NCBI GenBank assembly: GCA_016748015.1
Contig: JAAOMT010000586.1
Location: 541,483 to 605,482 of the forward strand
Length of the DNA stretch: 64,000 bases
Reading direction: 5' to 3'
DNA from: Geosiphon pyriformis uo1
Taxonomy: Eukaryota > Fungi > Glomeromycota
The notes below the pieces were generated by a model that saw only the letters and a program-made list of their open reading frames with translations, was not told the DNA's origin and did not search any database. Of the stretch, positions 49,346 through 60,058 are shown one piece after another. Within the stretch, counting starts at the first letter, position 1. Each line of letters opens with the position of its first letter. The position numbers and the translations under genes are program-made.

Positions 49346-51160
49346 CTACATACATTTTTGCTCAAATTTATAACAAGGTTCAATATTTGATGCCAATTTC
49401 CGAGTCCTTCCACTTTCTAACCTACAATCGCTACCACTCCCACGACTGACAAAGTTTTTAGACTTTGTTGAGCTTGAAGTAGGTGTCCAAGGTTTCTTGG
49501 TTGTTGTTGTGGCAATAAACGATTTAGCCCTTTTTCCATGACAAGATAATGAATCTTGATGCTTCGATGTTGAATTGCGAGCTGTTTCCCTTTCAACAAA
49601 AGGGAAAAACCCCAGATCAGAGAATGTTAGATGATTTCCGAAAGGTAGATAGCATGAATCGTATGTATAACGATTCTCCCCGGTTCCAGTAATAACAGAG
49701 GTCAAACCACTAAAGTGAGGATTAGAGGATCCAAAAGGAACAGAGATGCCTGGCGAAAGATCGTTAGATAATTCAACGTCTGAATTGATGATGTTCCAAG
49801 TGAATCGGCGGAAAGAGGTCCAGATAGTAGAGAGAAGAGATGAAGTATCATTGAGAGGTTGGGGTGTTCGAACCGAAAATGCATTTGAGGATTCTTCAGA
49901 ACTTTAAGAAAAGATCAGAATTAATACATTTCTGTAAAAAACTAGGGTTACTAAATTTTCTATTTTTACCTTGAATTATCTCTTTGTTCCGATTCATTTG
50001 ACAACATTTGATTGAGATTATCTTTGGGTATTGTAGGTGAAAATTTAATTGACATTGGATCGCTCGACATTAATTCATTATTTTTAGAGCGAGATATACG
50101 GATAGATCTATCATCTGACAAGTTAATACCATCAATTGTTTTTTCACACACAGATAAAGAGGGAAAAGGGGATATGTTGAATAATCGGGATAATGATGAA
50201 GGGTTCGACTTTTCTTTGTGTTCCAAGTTGCTAATCTGATTTGGAGTATTTTTGAAATCATTTGGCGACAAACTCTCAGCTTGATTGAGAAGAATATTGG
50301 GAAGTTGATGCGAAACAGAACTTCTATTCTTCGTCTATTATTGAAATAACAAAAATTAAAAACAAAGAATAAAGTTAGATGCATTCAATTATAAGAGAAA
50401 TGAATTCCTCTGCTAAATAATTTTGAATTTCCCTTACCTCGGAACTATCACTAACATCAAACTCACTAGGAGCTTGATTCAGTATAGCAGAGTCTTTCAC
50501 ATCAGTCCTGATTCCGGTCAGGATATTGGAAGCTTCAGAAGAAAGTAATTTTTTTTCGAAGCTGTTGGCCTGCCCTGATTTAGCTTGCCGGGATATATTA
50601 GGGTCTTCTAAGACACGTAACGTGAGTTTTGTCAATTCATTTTTAAAGTTCAGGGTTTTTTTTTGATTCCTTGTATTTTCTAAAAGACCTAAAGTCAATA
50701 CTTTTCCAGGGATCTTTTCTTGGTGTAAGAGCTTGGGTGGAGGATTGATGCCGGAAAAACCTTGAGGTTCGGGTAAATAATTATTGTTTGAACTCTCACC
50801 GTAGTCGTGGTTGAAAAAGTTACCAGCTCCATCATGTGAAGGCATTAGTCTTATAAACCCTTTATTCTTTGAAAACATTTGAGAATTGACATCTTGATCA
50901 GCTTCAGAATTGAAGCCACTTGAAATTTCAGAGATGCTTTCAAGTGCAGAAGCGTTCTCGTCTATTCGGCTTGCATTATCGCTAACATAATGCCAATCGT
51001 CATCTTCGCTAGCATTTTGTGAAGATGTAGATACCCGCGTTTCTTTATTGTCTCGAGGACCAAAAACCATCCATTCTTTTTCCGAAGCGGAGGTTTCTTC
51101 CGAATCACTGGCATATTCCTGCCTTGGAATTCTAATCGATTTCTGTTTGTAGGTGGCCAT
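49346..51160 (-). CDS. Hypothetical Ser/acidic-rich, largely disordered protein; multi-exon
   Basis: 261-aa first ORF from ATG 51160 with a donor site near 50437; further ORFs 49966-50271, 49702-49884 and 49346-49705. Normal GC/CpG content. 3' end uncertain. Confidence 0.65.
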
Positions 51161-51599
51161 AAGTGGAAAGAATATTCACGCGACTATAGTTTTTAAAAGG
51201 GCTGAAGGAAGTTTGGGGGCTCAAATAGTAGCAACAAAACCAATTGTCATAACGCATACATTCGGAGTTTAACTGTTAAAAGAATGTATCATCATAGATC
51301 AGTCAATCAGTGACCCAAAATTCCGTAAATTATGCAAATCAAGGCTTTCCAGGATAAAGATCCCACACTTATATTTAAGGCTTTAGTTGCTCATAATCAT
51401 CGTTGCATCATATCAGATATTACTAATTTAGCGCCGTATTATTTAAAAAACACGCCAAGCAAAATCAAAGGATTTGCAAGCTTTTTTTTCGACACGTTAA
51501 TTAATTTGGATTTTTTGAGGTTTTATTACGTGGAATTCAATTGTTAATTTAGAAAATCAATAATAAAAAGAGATTCACTAAAATTTTTAAATTATTTAG

Positions 51600-54500
51600 C
51601 TTGTTAACATTATAAGTATTGATTAATTTATATTTCTTGAAAAGTAATTTATTTTTGTTTATGTAATTTGTAAAATGATAAGTTTTTTAAATTTGATACA
51701 AATTAATAATAATAGTTTTATTAAATTAATATATATTAATATGTGCAGTCATTTAAAAAAAGATTTGATTGGGTTAATTTTCAGATCAGCATTTCTTAAA
51801 AGATCAAAAACCTTTTTGTAAATATTTAAGATATTTATTTCAGATTTTTGAATATACTATTATGTTATCTAAATAGACTAAAACAAAGTTTCTGTTAACT
51901 GGTTTAAATACTTTATCCATTAATTATTAAAAGATGGAAAAAATATTGGTTAATTTAAAAGACATAACTGTAAATTTATATGTGTTATATTTTGTAATGA
52001 AAACAGTTTTCTTGTAACTCTGGATTTATTTTCACTTGTCAAAATTCAGCAGTTAAGTCAATAGTTAAAAAAAAACAGCACTATAGAACTTTTTTAGCAT
52101 TGTATTAATTTTGAAAAGTAAGTATATATCTCTTTTACTAATAATATTTAATTGGTAATAGTTAATACAAAATTATGGAGTTTTATTTTTCTTGAAGACC
52201 ACTATTATTAAAAAAATTTATTTACTTTTGGTTTTTTGTATAAATTTAAGTTTTTTTATTTATTCAATTTTTTTTTAATAAATTTATCATTACAATAATT
52301 AAATTGGTATGATTTCAAATAGATAAGGCAATTTTTTTTAGCAATAATAATATGTTGTATTATATTAGTTTGTCCAAAAATATTACTTTTTTTAAGTTTA
52401 CTGGATTATTTCTGACCAATAAATTCTCAATGCCTGTTTTTTTTCTTTTAAGAAAGATTTTTTTTGTTTTATAATTAATAATTGTATTTTTAAAAGTTTA
52501 TTTTCAAATAATTTTGTATTTTTTTTATTTTTTCCAAAAATATTAAGCTAATAGATTTCTAATTTTTGTAATATATTTAACAAAACATATATTTATTACA
52601 AAAAAAATATAATAGTTTATTATACTAATACTGAATACAAAAATTATACTATCAATAATTATATTTGGCTTTCTTACCAGTTTTTTTGCTAAAAGTTTTC
52701 CAAAGAATGTTATAGTAAGACCAGCAAATTATTTTGCCATTAATTATAATTTTTTTTGTTAGTTTTAATATTGTTTAAAGATTTTTTATTGCTTAAAAAA
52801 ATAGTACAGATAAGTTTAATAGTCTTTTTTTATTTTTATTTTCATTACTTTTTTTGTTTTCTGATTTTTTTAATTGTTTTTTTTTTTGTTTTTGTTTTGA
52901 TTTTGGGAAAGTTGATTAGTAATAGCACTTAATTATAATAAATTTTTTATCATATTTAATAATTAATTTACAGAGTTTATAATCAAATAAAGCTTTAGTT
53001 TTTTTGAATTATTAATTATCAACAATAATAATATATTCTTGGTTTTTAAAACTTTTATATCAATTTTAATACAGATACTATTGATTTAAATAGAAACAAC
53101 TTTGACTATACTAAGATATTTTTTTTGTTATTATGTATATTAATCATTAGTTTGGTTGAAAGTTTATTGATTTTTTTTTAATAGCTTTTAAAAAGTGTTT
53201 AGTAATAATACTAATAAATAATTTATTGTTTAAGATCAAATTAATAAAATAATCAATCATTTGTATTTTACAAATCAATAAAATAATATTACTATTATTA
53301 GTAAGTTCTATTTAACAAGAATATTTATTAATCTTTGGAGTTTTTTCTTTAAAATTAAAGATTTGTAAAAAAATTTTTTGAACTGTAAATAGATTATTGG
53401 CCAAAATTAATATGTGTTGAAATTTATATAAGATTTTTTACAATAGAATAAGATTCAGAAAATTGTACAATTTCTGAAAATTTTAATTTAAAAAAATTTT
53501 TAAAGATTTTTGCTTTTGAAAATTTATTGTTATTAATTGTAGATATTAATGCTTTGTTAAAGTTTAGAGCAAATTTAACTTTAGCTTTTTTTTTTGTAAA
53601 GATAGAAAAATTAATAGCTAATTTATTTATGTTATAATTATTATAAATTAAATTGAAAAAATAAAAGAAATTTTTTTCTGGTTAACATGTATTCTTATTT
53701 TTTAGAAGTGTACCTAATAGTTTAAAAACTAATAAATAGTAACTTTAATTAAAAGATTTTCTTTAAAAAAATTCAGATTGGTAAAATTTGGGCTTTAATT
53801 TGAAGTATTGTTATTGTTAAATTTGTTATTTTGGTTATTATTGTTTTTAAGAACTGAAAAAGACAAAAAAAATTGTTGTAATTTTTTAAAAAGTGTTTGA
53901 TTAATCCACAGCAATAACACATAAGTAGATTATAATTTTGCTGTCTTTAATTATAGAATAGCTATTAAAGCTAATTATAATAAGATTTAAATTTGAATCT
54001 TTAAAGCTATTAATTTTTTTTATTGTTTAATCTAAAAATTCTAATAATTAAACAAAGTTAATTGTAAGCCTGTTTATAAGTTGTTTATTTGGAGTTTTAA
54101 GTTTGATTAATAAAAAAAGTAGTAATTATTTGAAAAACTAAAGCCAAAACAAAAATAAAAACAAAAATTAGAAATATAAATCTCATATGTATTCTTTGGT
54201 TGTCTTTAATTCTTTGGACAAATTTAATAGTTATATCTATTGTAAGATTGTTTTTTAGAGCCAAAAGAGACCAAAAAACATATAATAAATCAGTTTTTAA
54301 TTTTTTGGTAAAGAAATAAATTTTTTGTTTTTTAGTTTAATTTTTTTTAATATTTACTTATTTAATTAACTTTTTAATAACTTTGACACACTTAATTATA
54401 ATTTTACCAAAGTTTTGAGTTCTTTTTTTTTAATTTTATATGCTATTTGAAAATTAAAATTGGGATTTTGAATTTAAGTTTAAACCAAATAGTAAAAGAA

Positions 54501-55450
54501 GTATTGTTTTTTTTAGCTTGTATTAATATTTATCTTATAATTTTTTGTTGTGTATTAGCATTAGTTTTTTATGAAAACCATGTAATAAAAAAGTTTTGGA
54601 AATAGCCACCAATAATTTGAAATTTGTATTCTGTATTGTATTAATTAGTTGTTGTTGCTCTTTTATAATTTTTTAGTTATTTAATTGAATTTTGTATATT
54701 ATTTCTAAATAAAAGTAGTAAAAATATTGTTTTTTTATTTTAAAGCAGTTTGTATGTTTTAAAAAATAACCAGAATGTTTGCTTATATTGGGTTATTAGT
54801 TATTAATTTAGAAATAACTGTTTTTGTAAAAAAATTTGATTTATTTGAAAAAAAATTAAAAACAAAAGTAATTTAATTGCTTTTTTTTTCTGTTTTAAGA
54901 GAGTTTTTAATTAACTAATAAACAGCTATTTAAATATAAATTTGGTAATTCAAATATTCGAAATTAAAAAGTTGTTATTCAAAAATAACAAAGTATAAAA
55001 ATTGAGTAATATTGTTATTTTATTTTAAATAAGTCTTTAAAGTAAGCTTAGTTAAAAAAATATATAGTGTAAACAATATAAGTTTTAGCTAAATATTTGT
55101 TTAAAAATTAGTTTTAAAAGTCTTGGAATTGTTTGTTAAATTGAACAAAAAAGTAAATCAAGCAGAAAAGCAAGAGATTGAGTTTAATAAAGTCTAAATT
55201 ATTTTTGTTGTAAACTTTAAAGTATTCTTTTAATTATTATAATAAGTATAAATAATCATCCATATAATAAGAAACAAAGTAAAATTTGACAATTTTACAA
55301 AAACACTATTTTTATGTTACAAGTTAAAATAACAAACTAACAGATAGTAAAAAAGAACAAAATTATATAATAAAAAAAATAATAATAAAAAATTTAACTT
55401 TAAAGAACAAATTAAATTGGTATAAATTTAATGTGTAAAATTAATTTTAT
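51600..55450 (-). mobile_element. Heavily decayed Ty3/Gypsy internal region (gag-protease-RT)
   Basis: The minus strand reads P*FCINYYQLNIISKRDIYLLFKIN (RFCVDYRxLN..D.YPLP.ID), TIDLTAEF*QV, and FVLVYLDNIIVYSK (YLDD, ~51864-51875). A protease-like stretch lies at ~53040-53230. Outer boundaries are approximate. Confidence 0.75.
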
Positions 55451-55614
55451 ATATATTTTAGTCACTATTTTTTCTAAAAATAACAAAAAAATCTGAAGAT
55501 AGAAAAATAATCTGTACTGTTAACAAAAAATAATACACTAGTATAATTTTATGCTTTATATTAGTGTTTTTAAAATTCAATATTAGGTATTAATTATACT
55601 TTTTAATAATATTT

Positions 55615-55723
55615 TTTTTTTAACATTTAACGAATGAAGCCCAAAAGCCACCTAGTACAATACATTAAACTAAGTAATTTAAACTAGATATAAATCATGT
55701 ATTTTTTATATATAATCAGTTAC
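55615..55723 (-). mobile_element. ~109-bp retrocopy consisting only of the LINE 3' UTR + polyA
   Basis: Matches the family 3' UTR; TSD TAATAATATTT at 55604-55614 and 55724-55734. Confidence 0.78.
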
Positions 55724-55960
55724 TAATAATATTTATTTAATAATCTTTAAAACTAACAATTATAAATAAATATTAACAAGTAATTTTTTATTACAAAAAT
55801 GTTTAAATACTTAAGAAAATTGGAAAAAAGAAATAAGTAAATTAGAAAAGATTGGATATTTTTAAGAAATAATTTTTATTATTTTAATTTATATATATCT
55901 TATATATATAAACATGTTTTTTTAAAACTAAAAAATACATTACTTATATAGCTATTCAAA

Positions 55961-56055
55961 TTGGTCAACAATCAAATTAGTAATTAGATTAACAATCAAA
56001 TTATTAATTAAGTTAACAAGCAAATTATTAATTAAGTTAATAATTAGATTAATTA
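55961..56055. repeat. Decayed ~24-bp tandem repeat, ~4 units
   Basis: ttggtcaacaatcaaattagtaa / ttagattaacaatcaaattattaa / ttaagttaacaagcaaattattaa / ttaagttaataattagattaatta. Confidence 0.65.
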
Positions 56056-56559
56056 CTTTCTAAAAATATAATGGTTAATATATGTAATAATTAATAAAAA
56101 CTATGGTTTTTAATCATAATAACATTAAAGATTGTTTTGTAAAAAACACAAAAAATAATATAAAAAATAATCAAAAAACTAAAATTACTTATTAAAAATA
56201 TAAAAAACACCAAATAAATTAATTATTATATTAAAAATATTAAATACCAAATGTTATTTATTATTATTATTAAATTTTTGTTTATTATATAAAAAAGTCT
56301 ATTATTAAATATTTTTAAATAAACTAAAGTCTTCAAATTATAATTAAAACTAAAAACATTAACTTATAAAATAATAATACAATTAGTTATTTATAATAAT
56401 ATTTTTTAAAACAAATTAAAATTAAATATTAATTATATTAGTATATATAATATTTTTTGGCAATTTATTACTAGTTTTAAAAACAAATTAGTTTATTAAA
56501 TTACTTGATCTTAAAGATTAAATTAATCAAATAGAAATCAAATTAACTTTTTTTTTTTT

Positions 56560-57690
56560 TTAGTATTATCTTTAATAATATTTAAAAAACAATTTTTATT
56601 TATTAAAAATTTTTTGAATAAATGATTTTTATTTTTGTGTTTGATACTATGTTTAAAATCAAATTGGTTTTGATTAATTTTTATTTAAGTTGTTATTTAA
56701 TTTTGTTAAATTCAAATTAATTTTAAAAAATAATATTAAATTGTATTATATAAAGTTTTTTTTTGAGATTTTTTTAATTGTTGTTATCAAAATTTTTATT
56801 GGTAAATTTTTTTAATTATATTTAATATTGTAAAATCTTTTGTAATAATTTTTGCTTTTTTTTTTCTACTTTTATTATATTTTATGATATTTTTTTTAAC
56901 ATATCTATTAATAATATTAAAACTATTTTTGGTGTTTTTGGTATTGTTATTTTAATTAAATTAAAGTTTGTTAACTTATAACAATATATTATTATTAATT
57001 TAAAAACTTATTTTTTGCTATTGTTATTTTTAATAACTGGTTTATAGTAATCAAAAAAAATAGTATTAGAATTTTTTTTTGTTTAACCAAAAAGAAATTA
57101 TTATCTTAAAAAATATTTTTAAAACCAAATTGGTTAATTTTTTTTTGACTGTACTGTTTTTAAAATCAATAATTTGATTTTTTAAGTTGATAATTATACT
57201 TGTTTATTTTATTTTATTTTATTTTTATTATTATTAATGCTTTGCTGTTGTGACTTTTAAGTTTTTAGAAATTTTTAATCTTGCTATTTTAAAAACTGGT
57301 ATTTTATATAAAAATTATATATTAATAAGAGACTTTTAAATATTATTGTTTTTACAAATATTAGAATTTAAATTATTTGACTGTAAATTATAAAATGGTT
57401 TTATTTATTTTTTTAAGTTTGTTTTTAAGTTTATAATTTTAATGTTTTTAATTTATTTTTATTAATATAAAGTTTTATGTTAAAGTTGCTGTTTTTTTAA
57501 TTTTTTTTGCTATTGTGTTATTAGTTGTTCTATTACTAATTTTGTATTTAATTTAAGATTGAATTCTTTAAAGTTTCAAGTTTTTAATTTAACTGTATTA
57601 ATTAAGTTTATTATTAAACTTATTAGTTTTTTAAATATTTTGGTTATTGTTTTTTTGGTTAACAATACACATAAAAATCTTAAAATAAAA
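56560..57690 (+). mobile_element. Highly decayed fragment of the gag-only family ORF
   Basis: ~57080-57180 reads NQKEIIILKNIFKTKLVNFFFDCTVFKINNLI, matching NQNETILSCDKFKAKLVNFSSGCTAFEISNTI of ORF 21546-21758. Confidence 0.6.
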
Positions 57691-58703
57691 AAAATTTAAT
57701 TATTATAATAAATATTATTAAAAGTTATGTTTATTATTTAACTAATTTGTTTAAAAATTTTGTTAATCTTAAAACTAAGATAAAATTTAATAATATAGAT
57801 AAGAATAAACTTACATAAAAACCAAATATATTAATGTTATTATAGTTATATTTAGCTTTAATATAATTATTTCTTGTTTTAACTTACTAATAGCCTTATT
57901 AAAGACTTTCATATATAGTAAAACTTTATTAACTTTAAGATTAAAACACTGCTTAAAATAAGATCTTTTTTAATAAATTGTTTAAAAACAATAACTAAAA
58001 AACCAACAGACTTAGTAATAAATCTAACCAATATAGTTAATTTGACCAAATTAGCTTCTAAAGAGGTCAACTATAAGAAAACCAAAAAATCACTAACAAT
58101 TACAAAAAAGAAAACAAAAGTTATTAGAAGTAAAAACTTAAAAAAGCTCAAAAAAGCAGAAGTTTTAACATAAAACTTAGCACTTATAAAACATGATATA
58201 AATATTTTAGAAACCTTAAAAGATGAAAATAAAAATACTTTATAGTTTATAATTAAATAATCTATTTTTTAATATTTAAAACAATATTAACAACTAAGAG
58301 TTTTTTATAAAATATAATATTTTTTTAGTATATTAGTTTTGAATACTATAGTATTTAAATCAACTTAAGATTCAAATATAATTAGAGCAAACTAAAAATA
58401 ATAATTAAAATTAAAAAAGCAAAAAATAAAACATGTCTAATTATTAACTTAAGAAATTATATTACTAATCTTAAAAACAATATAGCCAAAAAAAAGATTA
58501 ATTAATTTGGCTTTAAACTTATTATGAGACAAAATAATCTCATTTTGATGATTAAAAAAAAAATTCTAATACTATTTTTATTTACCAATATTAATCAATA
58601 ATTTAAAGCAGATACAATAGTATTTAGTTTTTTAAAATAAACAACAACATATTACTAAACACTAGCAGATTTCAATATAATATAAATAATCTTATTAAAC
58701 TTA

Positions 58704-60058
58704 CAGAGAGGTATAAAAAGTATTGGACACTTAATATAATATATAAAAAAGGCTATATATAATAATATTATTACCAATTTAAGCCATAATTTTTTTTATA
58801 ATTACTTATAGTTATAATCTACAAATCAACATAAATTGCGTCCTTATAAAACACAACAGTGGATCATATGCATATATATAAAATATTAAATATTCTTGTC
58901 ATAAAAAAATTTACTACATCAAATGTGTCTTGAAAAAAAACTTTCTGAATACCAAAAAGAAGAAATTATTTCAACAATAAAGTTAGGACATACAAACAGT
59001 AAGATTTTTATAACTATTGAATGTTTATATTCTTCTGTAATATGTATATGAAAGTTATATAAGCTAAAAAAACTTCCTAAAAAATGAATGGGCTGACCAC
59101 AAATTCTTGACAAATGTGTATATAAACAACTCAAATATTCAATAATAGAGAATAAAAAAACCTGCCACCAAATTTTTTCTTAAATATGATTAAATTTTAT
59201 TAAAGATACTAACAAATCTATTTCTATACAAACTATTCAAAATGAATTAGCTCAAGAAGGACTTTGCTCATACATTTCTTATCTCAAGCCATTAATTTTC
59301 AGATTAAATAAAGAAAAATGTTTACAATAGGCTTATACTTATGAAAATTGGACAGTAGAAGATTTTAAATGAGTTGTTTGGTCAGATGAATCTACATATA
59401 CACAATTTAGGACTACAGAATTTGGATGTGTATGGCATAAACTTTCCAAAAAGTTTCATAAGAATTGTATTACAGCCATAATTAGAAAAAGCTTTGGTCA
59501 TATGTTTTGAAAATGTTTTTTATGGATTGGTTTGGGTTCTTTAGTTCTTTTGGTTGATCATATTACTGGAGTTATACACTATGAAACCTTGGCTAATTAT
59601 GCAATTCCTATGGTAAAACTTTATGCAAAAAAAACTAAAAAAAAGTTTTTTTTTCAGAAAAACAATGCACCAATCCATACATCAAAAGTTGCGCATTTTT
59701 TTCTTATCTCTTTAAATGTTGAATTACTTCTTTGACCAGTACAAAGTCCTGATATTACTTTAATAGAAAATTTTTGGTCATATATTGAAGTTAAAATTTA
59801 TCAATGTAATTCACAACTCTCAAATATTGTATAATTGGAACAGTAGATTAAGGAAGAATGGAATGTGATATCTGTAAATTACTATTGTAATTTGATCAAG
59901 TCTATGCCATGTCAAGTTCAAGCTATTTTTAAAGCAAATGGGGGTCAAACAAAATACTAACATGTATTTTAATATAATAATAAAAAATTAATAATTCATA
60001 AGTTAGTTTTTTTATATAACATATTATAAAAGTATCCAATACTTTTTATACCCCTCTG
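58704..60058 (+). mobile_element. Tc1/mariner DNA transposon (1355 bp)
   Basis: 29-bp TIRs CAGAG(A/G)GGTATAAAAAGTATTGGA(C/T)ACTT with 2 mismatches; TA duplication at 58702-58703 and 60059-60060. Confidence 0.95.
58923..59960 (+). pseudogene. Tc1-type DD34E transposase, inactivated
   Basis: VVWSDES; FQKNNAPIH (from QxDNAPxH); SPDITLIENFW with 34 residues between the second D position and E; ends ANGGQTKY*; multiple stops. Confidence 0.9.

Noticed and set aside
56060-56540. Possible minus-strand LINE ORF2 relic
   Set aside because: Only one short match (ttataatttgaagacttt, cf. LYGLKTF); too decayed to delimit.
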